Shown: one piece after another, positions 40,880-51,186 of the stretch
Layout: every line of letters starts with the position of its first letter
Numbering within the stretch: position 1 is the first letter of the stretch
Source of the DNA: an uncultured candidate division Zixibacteria bacterium
Lineage (GTDB): Bacteria > Zixibacteria > MSB-5A5 > UBA10806
DNA length: 64,000 nucleotides
Assembly: GCA_963817915.1 (NCBI GenBank)
Contig: CAWFQL010000016.1
Coordinates: 256,001-320,000 of the forward strand
Reading direction: 5' to 3'
Made by a program: the position numbers and the translations under genes
Notes under the pieces: model-generated
Database searches by the model: none
Seen by the model: only the letters and a program-made list of their open reading frames with translations
What the model was told of the DNA's origin: nothing

Positions 40880-41320
40880 ATGGAGAGAATAATGTCCGAA
40901 AGCTTTAACGATAAAGATTCATTACAAATACCAAGCTCGGCCGATTATATAAGTGATGCGTACGACTTCCTTGAAAGCTGGCTCAAACAACAAAATGTGC
41001 CCGATGATATAATCGCTGATATAGGCATCGCGGTCACCGAGCTTATCAATAACGCCATCAAGCACGCCAATAAATTCGACACATCCAAAAAAGTAACCAT
41101 AATTCTCGAATATTTGAACAATGAAGTGGTAGTATCTGTAAGCGATGAGGGACGCGGGTTCGAACCTGAAAAAATTCCGAATCCGGTTTCGGAAGAAAAC
41201 CTGCTCAAAGAAGTTGGCCGCGGCCTTTTTATCGTGAAATCATTAATGGATGATGTCAAGTTTTCCTTCCCCTCCAACGGTGGATCGAGAATCACTATTA
41301 AAAAGAAAATCAGTAGATAG
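40880..41320 (+). CDS. Anti-sigma factor Ser/Thr kinase (RsbW-like)
   Basis: AVTELINNAIKH, VSDEGRGF, GRGLFIVKSLMD. Confidence 0.92.
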   Translation: MERIMSESFNDKDSLQIPSSADYISDAYDFLESWLKQQNVPDDIIADIGIAVTELINNAIKHANKFDTSKKVTIILEYLNNEVVVSVSDEGRGFEPEKIPNPVSEENLLKEVGRGLFIVKSLMDDVKFSFPSNGGSRITIKKKISR

Positions 41321-41335
41321 CCGGGAAATTAAACC

Positions 41336-43552
41336 TTGAATCTAGGACAGTTAATATCACTGGTCTATCTGGCCTCAGGCCTGATTCTCTTCATCCTCTC
41401 TTGGATGATTTTGCGCGAGAATCCCAAAAACAGGCTTAACCGCATAGTCTCCATGATGTTGTTTTTCGCGGGATTGGCGCCTTTGGCCACCGCATTATAT
41501 AAATCGATTCTTGAGGGCAATACCGGAATTCCGTCATGGCTTACGAATTCATTTTATCTTTGGGAATTGTTTTTCCCTGCTCTCTTGTATTTTTCGGCGA
41601 TATTCCCCGAACCCCAGCCGATCTATAAGAGCCACAAAAAGCTGCTTCAGCTGGCCTTCACTCCTCACCTGCTTCACCTTTTCCTGGTAATATTCCTTTC
41701 CGATCCAGATAAGGTTCTTGGGCTGCTCAATGCCCAATCGCAAATCCCGATCTTAGGCGAAATTCTCAGATTCCTGATGAATATTTTGAGAATTATTACC
41801 GCTTTCTTCGGTTTCCTAATGTTATTTCACACTCGATTCTTTTCTATCGTAAATCTGATTTATGTGGTAGCCACGATATATCTATTGCTCTTGGGATATA
41901 AGAAAATAGAAAACCCGCGTCTTAGACAGCAGGTAAAAGTGATACTTATAGGTATTTTGATGGCCATCGGGCTTTATACGCTTGGATTTATTATACCCAA
42001 TATCATATCCATTTCGCTTCCGCCGGGATGGCGCGACGCCATGGTGGTGGCGAGCTTAATCGTCGGGCCTGGATCGATCGCCTGGGCAATAGTGCGTTAT
42101 CAATTTATGGATATCGGACTTATCGCGCGCAGATCACTCGTATATTCCATAGCAACAGCTGTAGTAGTCGGCGGCTATTTATTGATAGTCTTTCAATTGA
42201 ATTCGGTGGTTAAGGCCGTTCTGGGTCAGGAATCGCTGATATTGAATATTTTAATAATAATTATAATGCTTTTATTCTTCCAGCCAATTTACACACAGGT
42301 TGATGATTTCGTGAGACGAATATTTATCCGGATGAAGGGGGATTACAGCAGCCTGGTCGAATCCTTCTCGCGCCAGATATTGACTATTTTTCAAAAAGAC
42401 AAGTTGGTGAATGTAATTTCGCATATATTCGAAAAAGAGATGTTCATAGAAAATATCGAAGTGGCATTCCCGGAAGGCGATAAATATTTCAAAGTGATTT
42501 CTCGTATCAGGCCCGAATCGAGATTCGAAATTGAGGCCGGAATCTCAGATTATCTGCTCTCCAAACAGGCGCCTTGCTTTACGGAAGAATTTTCTTCGCG
42601 CTCGCAAACCAATTACCTCGGCAAGGAGATTGTATCCCGAGGGTTCCAGGTCGTCGTGCCTTTGGTTCGTCAGGAAAAATTATCCGGATTACTACTTTTA
42701 TCGTCGAAGGTCGCGGGATTCCGTTACAGCTCCGAGGATATCACGTTCCTGAGCACTATGGCCAACCAGATCGTTGTCGCGATGGAGAATGCGGAGCTAT
42801 ACACCGAGGCTATTGAAAAACAAAGGCTCGAAGAGGAATTATCAGTAGCCAAACAGATTCAAATTGGTCTGTTGCCGCGTTCTCTGCCGGAGATGAAGAA
42901 TTTCAAGTTCGCGGCTTTTATTGAGCCGTCGAGACAAGTAGGCGGTGATTTTTATGATTTTATTCCGATATCCGACGGCCGTTTTGGAGTGGTGATTGCC
43001 GACGCGTCCGGGAAAGGCGTTCCGGCCGCACTACTTATCGCTCGAATGCAGGCAGTACTCCAGAGCGAAGCGAAAACAGGCAAAGACCTAAGCCAGATAA
43101 TCACGTCTGTAAACCGATTCATCTTCGAATCGACCTCCGCGGATCGTTTCGCGACCGCATTCTATTGTGAGATCGACGATAAAAATAGAAAATTATATTA
43201 TTGCAACGCTGGCCATAATTATCCAATTTTGGTTCACAAAGACGGAACGATTGAGACTCTCGAAAAAGGCGGATTACTTCTAGGAGTATTTAACGATTCC
43301 AAATACGAAATGGCCCAGGCCGATATGGCGCCCGGCGATCTGCTCCTTCTCTATACCGATGGCATCAACGAAGCCAAGGATAAGGATGACAAAGAATTCG
43401 GCGAGCATCGCCTGATCCAGGTGGTTAAGGAATTCAGGAGTCATCCATCAGAAATTATCTGCTCAAATATTGTTAAGAACGTAAAACAATATGCCGCCGG
43501 GATCGAGGACATGGACGATATGACCCTGGTCGTGATTAAATCTCTGGAGTAG
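41336..43552 (+). CDS. Membrane-bound PP2C phosphatase (multi-TM, GAF, SpoIIE/RsbU)
   Basis: Many N-terminal TMs; VGGDFYD, DASGKGVPAA, NAGH, YTDG, DDMT. Confidence 0.92.
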   Translation: MNLGQLISLVYLASGLILFILSWMILRENPKNRLNRIVSMMLFFAGLAPLATALYKSILEGNTGIPSWLTNSFYLWELFFPALLYFSAIFPEPQPIYKSHKKLLQLAFTPHLLHLFLVIFLSDPDKVLGLLNAQSQIPILGEILRFLMNILRIITAFFGFLMLFHTRFFSIVNLIYVVATIYLLLLGYKKIENPRLRQQVKVILIGILMAIGLYTLGFIIPNIISISLPPGWRDAMVVASLIVGPGSIAWAIVRYQFMDIGLIARRSLVYSIATAVVVGGYLLIVFQLNSVVKAVLGQESLILNILIIIIMLLFFQPIYTQVDDFVRRIFIRMKGDYSSLVESFSRQILTIFQKDKLVNVISHIFEKEMFIENIEVAFPEGDKYFKVISRIRPESRFEIEAGISDYLLSKQAPCFTEEFSSRSQTNYLGKEIVSRGFQVVVPLVRQEKLSGLLLLSSKVAGFRYSSEDITFLSTMANQIVVAMENAELYTEAIEKQRLEEELSVAKQIQIGLLPRSLPEMKNFKFAAFIEPSRQVGGDFYDFIPISDGRFGVVIADASGKGVPAALLIARMQAVLQSEAKTGKDLSQIITSVNRFIFESTSADRFATAFYCEIDDKNRKLYYCNAGHNYPILVHKDGTIETLEKGGLLLGVFNDSKYEMAQADMAPGDLLLLYTDGINEAKDKDDKEFGEHRLIQVVKEFRSHPSEIICSNIVKNVKQYAAGIEDMDDMTLVVIKSLE

Positions 43553-43558
43553 AATCCC

Positions 43559-43690
43559 GTGGCTGAAGGCGGTGACGATAGTCAAAAATCGGCTGTGTTC
43601 TGCGATATATGCGGCACGGAGATGATAGATAGAAATTGTAAACTTGTTTGCCCAAAATGCGGATTTACCCGCGACTGCACCGATCCCTGA
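43559..43690 (+). CDS. 43-aa Cys-rich zinc-finger microprotein (not in the ORF track)
   Basis: MAEGGDDSQKSAVFCDICGTEMIDRNCKLVCPKCGFTRDCTDP; GTG start with GGAG upstream; fills the gap between the flanking genes. Confidence 0.75.
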   Translation: MAEGGDDSQKSAVFCDICGTEMIDRNCKLVCPKCGFTRDCTDP

Positions 43691-43699
43691 GGAGGATTT

Positions 43700-44047
43700 A
43701 TGAGGGAATTGACGCCGGATATTATCAAAAAATTAACCGATGAACAAATCGAGCTGCTCGTTGAATTGGGCGATCTGGCAAAAAAAGAGGCCGACTTGAC
43801 CGAGAAAATCGAGGAAATTCGAAAATTGGAGGAAAAAGTTGGATTGGGGCGGGAAAGCCGCCAGAATCGAGCACTCCATGAAGATAAAGAATATGATGAT
43901 CTCTTATCAATAAAATCTGTCAGAGAAAGAGAAATGGTTAGAGATAAAATATCTGAATTGCTGAATAATCTTGTGAAAATTGGCCTTGGTGATTTGGGTC
44001 TGGTTCAAAGACAGGCTGTAAATTACGGAGTGAATCTGAAGCGTTAG
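43700..44047 (+). CDS. Hypothetical helical/coiled-coil protein
   Basis: GGAGG RBS; charged helical 115-aa ORF in operon context. Confidence 0.7.
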   Translation: MRELTPDIIKKLTDEQIELLVELGDLAKKEADLTEKIEEIRKLEEKVGLGRESRQNRALHEDKEYDDLLSIKSVREREMVRDKISELLNNLVKIGLGDLGLVQRQAVNYGVNLKR

Positions 44048-44080
44048 GAATAATTTTTCGCTATCGGCTGTAATTAAGAT

Positions 44081-46156
44081 ATGAAATACCTTAAAGCTGC
44101 TTTGGCAATCTCAATTGTCTTGTTTATTACTATTCTATTTAGCTGCACCAGGCAGGCTGTAGTTACGGACAAATCGGAAATTGATTCATATTACGCAAAA
44201 GCGAACGCATTCTTTGAGCAGAAGCAGATCGATTCTACCGAATATTATCTCAATAAATGCTTGGCAATAAATCGTCAATATGCCCCGGCAAATTACCTTA
44301 TGGGAAAAGTCTATCTCTATAAAGACGGCATTATTAATCGACGATTGTCCTCGCAATCCTTAAGAGAAGCGATCATAGTCGACAATGAAAACGCGTTATA
44401 TCATTACAGCCTGGGTATCACATACGAAAAACAGGGATTTTACGAAAATGCGCTCGCCGAATTTCAGAAGGCGGTAAAATTCGATTCTACCGATTCAAAA
44501 TCATACGGAAAAATTGCCGAGATTTGCAATCGATTCGGGCTTCGTTACGATGATACCAAATTTTTTGAGCGATCTCTGGTAGCCGCTCAGAAGGCCGCGA
44601 TTTTTTCCAATGATCCCACTCAATATTATCAGCAGGCTGTTGTCCTATATGAAATGGGAAAATTCGATTCATCGGCGATAGCTGCCTTAGAGTGCATAAA
44701 TAAGGGCGCCGATTCGGCATTTACGGCAAATTCATACATGCTTATAGGCACCGATTTAGTACGAGAGAACAAATTCGATTCGGCTAATGTAGCATTTGAA
44801 AAAGGGCGAAGCTTCTTAAGCCAGATCGCCAGAGATGAAATAGACGATGTGCGCTACCTGATGCCGCCAGCGGAATATTTAAAATTGAATGAGCAGAGTT
44901 TCTTTCGCCAGCAAATCATGATCAAACAATTTTGGGGCCAGCTCGACCCCGATCCAACCAGCGAGATTAATGAGAGAAAGTTAGAACATTACTCGAGATT
45001 TGTTCATTCCCAGCTCAATTTTTCAGTTCCCAATAAAGGAATCGATGGTTGGAAGACTAAGCGGGGCGAGATGTATATCCGTTACGGCCCACCGACAACA
45101 CAATCTTATTCGCTTTCATCCGATGGTGACAATGCCACTTCTCCAAAATGGATATGGGTTTATAAAAATCAATTCGACCAGCCGGCTACTTTTATTTTTG
45201 AGGATACTTTTCTCAATGGCAATTTTGACTTCCCCTATCCGAATAAGAATTGGACTTTCGATGATTATGACAAAGACCCTGCCCGAATCGCAATCGCCTT
45301 AAGTGGCGCGACACCGCAGGTATTTGATTATCAACCGGGATCTGGGCTCCTGGGCTATGATTACTACCCAAGACAATTTAAGGGTTCTCATGGTGAAACG
45401 GATTTGGAAGTGTTTGTTGCCATTCCGTATAAAAACCTAAAATTCCAGAGGGAAGGCGAGAGCGCCTATTCATATATTCATTGGCGCCAGGCTTTAAGAT
45501 ATCTCAATTATAATTTATCGGATACGGCATCTACAAGAAAGGCCTACAAAATCAGAGCCTCGCAAATTAATAACGCCTCACTCTCGGTCGCTGATAGATT
45601 AATGATCTCCGCAATGCCGGATTCACTTCAGTTTGCCATCTCCATAAAAGATACCGTATCGAATTTTATTGGCATTTCGAATACAGAGATGCGACTGAGA
45701 AATTTCTATACCGGAAAAGCAGAGATATCTGATATAGTTCTGGCCCGGAGAATCGATAAACCGATAGAATTGCAGCAATATCGCCGCAAGGACTTGAATA
45801 TCGTATCCAATCTCGATAACCGTTACTTTGCCGGCGAGCCGATCTGGCTATATTTCGAAATTTACAATCTGGCGAAAGATTCGCTTGGCAAAACCTCATA
45901 TACTATCAATCAGATTATTTCGGAAAGAAAGGTCGGGGGCATTTTGACATCGATTAAAAATGCCATGTCAGGAAAGGAGTTAAAGGAAATCTCGACATCC
46001 TACAACGGCTCCAGCATTTATTCCGATGAAAACAGGATCCTTTCAATCGACGTTTCCGATTTCGAAACCGGAAATTATATTATCAAAATAGAAATCAACG
46101 ACTTAATTTCCGGTAATAACGCTACCGCTTCTGAGGAAATCATAATTTACAGGTAA
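44081..46156 (+). CDS. TPR + GWxTD-domain lipoprotein
   Basis: Lipobox ILFSC; TPRs; FWGQLDPDPTSEINE..HYSR..GWKTKRGEMYIRYGPP. Confidence 0.82.
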   Translation: MKYLKAALAISIVLFITILFSCTRQAVVTDKSEIDSYYAKANAFFEQKQIDSTEYYLNKCLAINRQYAPANYLMGKVYLYKDGIINRRLSSQSLREAIIVDNENALYHYSLGITYEKQGFYENALAEFQKAVKFDSTDSKSYGKIAEICNRFGLRYDDTKFFERSLVAAQKAAIFSNDPTQYYQQAVVLYEMGKFDSSAIAALECINKGADSAFTANSYMLIGTDLVRENKFDSANVAFEKGRSFLSQIARDEIDDVRYLMPPAEYLKLNEQSFFRQQIMIKQFWGQLDPDPTSEINERKLEHYSRFVHSQLNFSVPNKGIDGWKTKRGEMYIRYGPPTTQSYSLSSDGDNATSPKWIWVYKNQFDQPATFIFEDTFLNGNFDFPYPNKNWTFDDYDKDPARIAIALSGATPQVFDYQPGSGLLGYDYYPRQFKGSHGETDLEVFVAIPYKNLKFQREGESAYSYIHWRQALRYLNYNLSDTASTRKAYKIRASQINNASLSVADRLMISAMPDSLQFAISIKDTVSNFIGISNTEMRLRNFYTGKAEISDIVLARRIDKPIELQQYRRKDLNIVSNLDNRYFAGEPIWLYFEIYNLAKDSLGKTSYTINQIISERKVGGILTSIKNAMSGKELKEISTSYNGSSIYSDENRILSIDVSDFETGNYIIKIEINDLISGNNATASEEIIIYR

Positions 46157-46212
46157 GATTGGGACGGGCTAAATCCTTGACAATGAACTCGAGCCTGCAT
46201 AATATCGCATTG

Positions 46213-47769
46213 ATGAGCCATAAATTCATTTTAAAGATAATATTAATATCCGCCGTTATCACGATTCTGGCGAATTTGTCATTCGGCCAGATGATTTATC
46301 TCCCTGCCAATGATATTTTAATGAATGATCTCGAATATCTTCAAGCCAGAGGGTATCTGGCAGATTTAAAAACGACAGAAAAACCCTGGCTTCTTTCGAC
46401 AGTTATTGAATCGCTCCAAAGCGATAGCTCGAACTACGACGAACTCAGCAAGCAAATCGCCAAACGAGCGCTGCACCGTCTCGCGCCTCCTCAGCAGGAC
46501 ACCGAACGGCAACTTTCGGCGGATTTCAATTTTGGTATTCAGCTTCGTTCGCTTTCCCGTGAATTCAATAAAGGATACTTTTATGAACAGAATAGATTTT
46601 TAGCCATTACCCCCCGCCATGAATTCGGGTCGATATACCAGGGAGGCTTCTGGTTTTCCAAGAATAATAGCTATGGAATCGATTCAAAATTGATATTCGA
46701 TTCGGACGGTATTTTATTCCCGCAATATTATGGTACAGCCCACGCCGCCAAGATTACAGGGCAGTTTGATCATGCCTATATGACATTTCGCGCCGGTCGA
46801 TTCGACCTCTTTTTCGGACGGCAACGAATACAATGGGGGCCATCGCCCCGCGGCGGATTGCTGATTGATAAAAATATCCCGCCCATGGATATGATAAAGC
46901 TCGATTTCAATTTAAAACCGTTTACGCTTTCAATGTTTTCATCGAAATTGGAGGATTATTGGAATCCGTCCAACTGGCAATACGAAAACAGATATTTGTC
47001 CGGACATAGGCTCAGGATTAATCCGGGTAAAGGATGGGAAATTGCCGCCAGCGAGGTTTATCTTTACGGCGGCCTCAATAGAATGCCTGAAATTTATTAC
47101 AATATTCCAGTGGTATTGTACTACTGGGAGGCGCAAAACCGCGGCCTTGATGACAACGCCTTCTGGTCATTAGATATCTCATGGATAAAGAAAAATCTCG
47201 GACGGTTTTATGGCCAGTTCGTCATAGATGATTTTCAACGCAAGAACCGCGGACCCCAGAAGTTCGCGTACCAATTTGGCGCCAATTTAGCGCCAAAGCA
47301 ATTCCCCGGATGGTCGGCCCTGCTTGAGTATAATATTGTCGATACCTATGTTTTTGGCCACAGAGATCCAATCAATGTCTATATGAACTGGGGCAAAACC
47401 ATAGGAAGGTTGGACTCAGATCAGAACGAGTATTTCGCGGCCATCTATAAAAATCTTTATATTCCCTTGAGGCTCGGCGTTGAATTCGTAGGCCGCAAAA
47501 AGGGGATGTATGACGCTGTTGATCATCAACCTTCCGACGCCTTCCCATGGATGCCATTCCCAATGGGCGTCGCTGAATATGCAAATGATATCAGTCTGGT
47601 TAGCGAATTCCACGGCGAATGCAAATTCGACGCCTCCGCAAATATCGGATATCAATTTATCAAGAATTATATGCATCAAGACGGGCGGAAATATAATCAG
47701 CTCGTGGCTAATATTAAGATCGGTTACAGATTTGATACAGGATTGCCTTTTTGGACAAAATATCGTTAA
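46213..47769 (+). CDS. Capsule assembly Wzi-family outer-membrane protein
   Basis: Signal peptide; FGRQRIQWGP, YLSGHRL, FYGQFVIDD. Confidence 0.7.
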   Translation: MSHKFILKIILISAVITILANLSFGQMIYLPANDILMNDLEYLQARGYLADLKTTEKPWLLSTVIESLQSDSSNYDELSKQIAKRALHRLAPPQQDTERQLSADFNFGIQLRSLSREFNKGYFYEQNRFLAITPRHEFGSIYQGGFWFSKNNSYGIDSKLIFDSDGILFPQYYGTAHAAKITGQFDHAYMTFRAGRFDLFFGRQRIQWGPSPRGGLLIDKNIPPMDMIKLDFNLKPFTLSMFSSKLEDYWNPSNWQYENRYLSGHRLRINPGKGWEIAASEVYLYGGLNRMPEIYYNIPVVLYYWEAQNRGLDDNAFWSLDISWIKKNLGRFYGQFVIDDFQRKNRGPQKFAYQFGANLAPKQFPGWSALLEYNIVDTYVFGHRDPINVYMNWGKTIGRLDSDQNEYFAAIYKNLYIPLRLGVEFVGRKKGMYDAVDHQPSDAFPWMPFPMGVAEYANDISLVSEFHGECKFDASANIGYQFIKNYMHQDGRKYNQLVANIKIGYRFDTGLPFWTKYR

Positions 47770-48611
47770 AAGCCCCAGCTAAAATTAACCTATATCTCGA
47801 TGTCCTTAAGAAGCGGGACGATGGCTATCATGAGATCGAAAGCCTGATGCAGGCTATCGATATTTGCGATGAAATCACTCTCGAAAAATCGGATAGGATA
47901 AGTCTGCTCTGCGATGATCCCAAACTTCCATCAGACGAGAATAATATCGCGTTTAAGGCAGCGATCAGGATGAAAGAGCATTACAATTTCCCCGGCATCA
48001 GTATAAACCTGAAAAAATCTATCCCTTACGGCGCCGGTCTTGGCGGCGGATCATCTGATGCCGCTTCTGTAATTCGCGGCTTTTGCGCGCTTTATTCGTT
48101 AAATCCGCGTCGCGATGAATTGATCGAACTCGCGGCTTCGATAGGATCGGATGTCCCATTCTTTCTCACGGGCGGTCAGGCCATTGCGACGGGCAGAGGA
48201 GAAAAGCTCAGAGCAATCTCGCTGCCACTTAATTATCAGATACTTGTCATATCCCCCCGCAAGGTCTTATCTACTGCCGAAGTCTATAAAAAAATACGAA
48301 TTAGCTTGACACAGAGAAATCACTCTATTTTATTATTATCAAACATAGATGAATCCACCTTTATTAGGGCGTTGGGATCGTTTAAAAACGACTTGGAAGA
48401 TGTTGCGGTAGAAATGGCCCCTGAATTAGGCATGATAAAAAAGACGCTGAGCATGAGCGGAGCCGATTTTCATTCGATGAGTGGCTCGGGGTCGTCATTT
48501 TACGCGCTATATTTTAACCCCAATAAGATTGTGGATGAATTAGAAGGCCTGAAAAGCCTTGGGCATAGAGTTTACTTCACCAGACCGATAACTTTGCCGC
48601 CTTTGATTTGA
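47751..48611 (+). CDS. ispE: 4-diphosphocytidyl-2-C-methyl-D-erythritol kinase
   Basis: APAKINLYL..DGYHEI, PYGAGLGGGSSDAA, GSDVPFF, MSGSGS. Confidence 0.96.
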   Translation: MDKISLKAPAKINLYLDVLKKRDDGYHEIESLMQAIDICDEITLEKSDRISLLCDDPKLPSDENNIAFKAAIRMKEHYNFPGISINLKKSIPYGAGLGGGSSDAASVIRGFCALYSLNPRRDELIELAASIGSDVPFFLTGGQAIATGRGEKLRAISLPLNYQILVISPRKVLSTAEVYKKIRISLTQRNHSILLLSNIDESTFIRALGSFKNDLEDVAVEMAPELGMIKKTLSMSGADFHSMSGSGSSFYALYFNPNKIVDELEGLKSLGHRVYFTRPITLPPLI

Positions 48612-48712
48612 GTACGAGTCGGGTCTTAATGCCTCTTGGCATTAAGTTGGGTGAATTTTGCATATATAAATGGGTTGTTTCGTCTCTTGGGATTGCGACA
48701 AGGGGAGGTATC

Positions 48713-48982
48713 GTGGAGATCACGGAGATCAGATTTAACATGCGAAACGAGGCGAAGTTGAAGGCTTTTGCCAATGTCACATTTGACAATTCCTTTGTGG
48801 TTCGAGGCTTAAAGATCATCAGCGGGAATCGCGGCTATTTTGTGAGCATGCCCTCAAAAAAACGGCCCGATGGTACTTACCAGGACATTGCTCATCCGGT
48901 GAATACCGAGATGCGGCGTCACCTGGAACAAAAGATATTGGAGGCCTACGAAAGAGAGGTGCAGCAAAAGGTCAGCGCTTAG
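48713..48982 (+). CDS. spoVG: SpoVG family protein
   Basis: MEITEIR..LKAFANVTFD..FVSMPS..YQDIAHPV; GTG start after GGAGG. Confidence 0.93.
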   Translation: MEITEIRFNMRNEAKLKAFANVTFDNSFVVRGLKIISGNRGYFVSMPSKKRPDGTYQDIAHPVNTEMRRHLEQKILEAYEREVQQKVSA

Positions 48983-49113
48983 CCGTTCAGGTACAAGACA
49001 ATAAGGCTTTCATGCGAAAGGATTCGCTGCGAAATCTTAGAATATTGATCCTTAATGCTGAATGTTGATAATTTGCCATCTAATTCTCCGAAAGATTAAA
49101 GGAATTTGACCGG

Positions 49114-49148
49114 AAATAAGGGCCTTTTTTTGAAGCCCTTATTTTTTT
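49114..49148 (+). terminator. Intrinsic terminator
   Basis: aaataagggc-N11-gcccttattt followed by a T-tract. Confidence 0.6.
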
Positions 49149-49382
49149 ATCAAAAATCAGGATATCGAGCTTTTTTGAAACTAAATCCAAACCTAATCTG
49201 TTGGACATACAGGGGCGATGGCATTCCACGATTTCGGAATTGCTTGATTTTGAGGAATGTCATGCTTTGCGGACATGGTACTGGTCATTATTCGGGTTAA
49301 TGATTTCATTTGATATGGCCGTACCTATTTATTATATTGGTAATGAGTTGAGTAAATTTGATGCGACTTTAAGGAGAAATGA

Positions 49383-50003
49383 ATGCGAAAAATTGCTCTT
49401 ATTATTATCGTCTTAGTTATGGCGACTGCATCGTTATCTAATGCGCAATATTCCGGCGCCTTAGTAGGATCATTGGGAATCGGCGTTACTTCCGCGCAAG
49501 GTGAATTTTCTGATCTCAATTTCTTTGCCGCTGGATCGGGATTTGGCGCGGGTGTTGAATTGAAGTATTACTTATTGACCGGATTTGGTATTGGAGGATT
49601 TGTAAATTATGATCGATTCGGTTCTGCTTATTCGTCCTCGGCCGGAAGAAGATCGTACAATTTTACTCAATTTGGCGGATTGGCCAAAATGAATCTTTTC
49701 GATGTTCGTTCAGGTAGGTTATTTATCGCTGGCGGCGGCGGCATGTTTACGCCGACTGTCCATTTTTATATTCCCGATAAATCATATGATAAAGTCGGCA
49801 AGAGCGGCGCGTTCGCATTCGGCGGAATTGGCCTCTCCAGTGACCCCGAGGCGTCAACTGTATACGAATTTGAAGTTCGTTATAGTCTCGGGACATCCAC
49901 TTTTACTCTGGACAAGAAAACCAATAAGGCCTGGGATTTCATTTATATTGGCTCAAAGATATCATTCTCCTCCAAGGCAAAGGCAGCCCCGCCGAGATAT
50001 TAA
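49383..50003 (+). CDS. Small outer-membrane beta-barrel protein
   Basis: Signal peptide, Gly/aromatic alternating strands, AAGGAG RBS. Confidence 0.75.
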   Translation: MRKIALIIIVLVMATASLSNAQYSGALVGSLGIGVTSAQGEFSDLNFFAAGSGFGAGVELKYYLLTGFGIGGFVNYDRFGSAYSSSAGRRSYNFTQFGGLAKMNLFDVRSGRLFIAGGGGMFTPTVHFYIPDKSYDKVGKSGAFAFGGIGLSSDPEASTVYEFEVRYSLGTSTFTLDKKTNKAWDFIYIGSKISFSSKAKAAPPRY

Positions 50004-50041
50004 TATTGGTTTTTAGCAGAATTCAATCTGTGCAAAATAAT

Positions 50042-50070
50042 AAGGCGTCCAATCGGGCGCCTTTTTTTAT
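50042..50070 (+). terminator. Intrinsic (probably bidirectional) terminator
   Basis: aaggcgtcc-aatc-gggcgcctt followed by a T-tract, between convergent genes. Confidence 0.65.
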
Positions 50071-50105
50071 CTGTTCTTCAATCGACTCGGGAGTTAGAAA
50101 ATCAT

Positions 50106-51048
50106 TTATAGTGCTTTCTTCTTCGCCTTCCTATCTATCGCGAATGTCAAAAAGAATGGCACGAGCTCCGAAATGCTCAACATTACTCTATACCCCAGGG
50201 CCATCGCTGTCGGAATTGGCGCGGGGAATGTCGACGCCAGAAAGATAACTGTCATGCCTTCGCGCACCCCTAATCCGCCCGGCGCGAATAACGCGAAAAA
50301 ACCGATTATTGTCGCGGCAACTACCACTGCAGTCATTTTTAAATAGCTTTCTACTCCCGATGGGAAATATGGCATTGGCGAAAAGCCAGAAGCTCAGCCC
50401 AAATACCATCCAGCTTAGCAAAAAAAGGAAGAATATTTCGAATGATCTTCTGATCGGGATAGAAATCTTAACCTCTTTTCTCTTGAAAAGTCTCAACAAC
50501 AGATTCATTGGTAGCTCAAAAAGGCTCGGCTTGACTACCATGGCTATCATCACCAAAATGATTGGTATCGATGTCCACCGCAGATATTTTAGTATCTCAC
50601 CCGAAAATTCGACAATGTTGAATATTAGTACAATCGCCAGAAAAAAAATGCCCGCAATCAGCGAGTAGATCTGGCCACCAACAAATGCCGTAATCGAGAT
50701 TCCTTCCGGCACTCCCTTCTGACTCGCCAGATATGTTGAGCCTGCGATTTGCCAGAATTTGCCGGGCAGGTATTTGCCGAGCATCGATTTAAAATAAATA
50801 GAGAATACATCCTTATATGGAAGCGGGCAATTAAGGCCGGCAAATACCCTCCCCATATTCCAGGATGTCAATGACCAGGCTACCAACGCGGCCAACAAGG
50901 ATAATATGGCATATCCATAGCTGAATTTAATATTTAATGATTGTAGTTTTTCGGTATTACCCAGAAGATTTTTGATTAAAAAATAAAATATGCCGCCGAC
51001 TATGACGATTTTTGCCAGAAGTATTAAATATTTCAGGTACTTTTTCAA
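50106..51048 (-). pseudogene. LPG-synthase-TM/flippase-like (UPF0104) membrane protein with one frameshift
   Basis: LGKYLPGKFWQ in the 5' ORF and FAPGGLGVREG in the 3' ORF; one extra G near 50357 joins them. Confidence 0.8.
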
Positions 51049-51186
51049 AATTGCGCCCTTAATTCTAATAGATGACGATACATGCAGTGCCTACAATATC
51101 TCTAATTGATTTTATTGTCAAGAAGGGAAAAGAGAGCATTTGGGCATATCAGCGGCAAAGAAAGCCGATGATTTCATCACGTAATT

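Noticed and set aside
48983..49380. tRNA-Gln or prs, often found after ispE-spoVG
   Set aside because: No cloverleaf or T-loop GTTCGA motif seen; only a terminator-like hairpin
50106..51048. Programmed frameshift or phase variation in the flippase-like gene
   Set aside because: Only a 3-G run, the same single-base duplication pattern as in the MCP; a sequencing error is more likely
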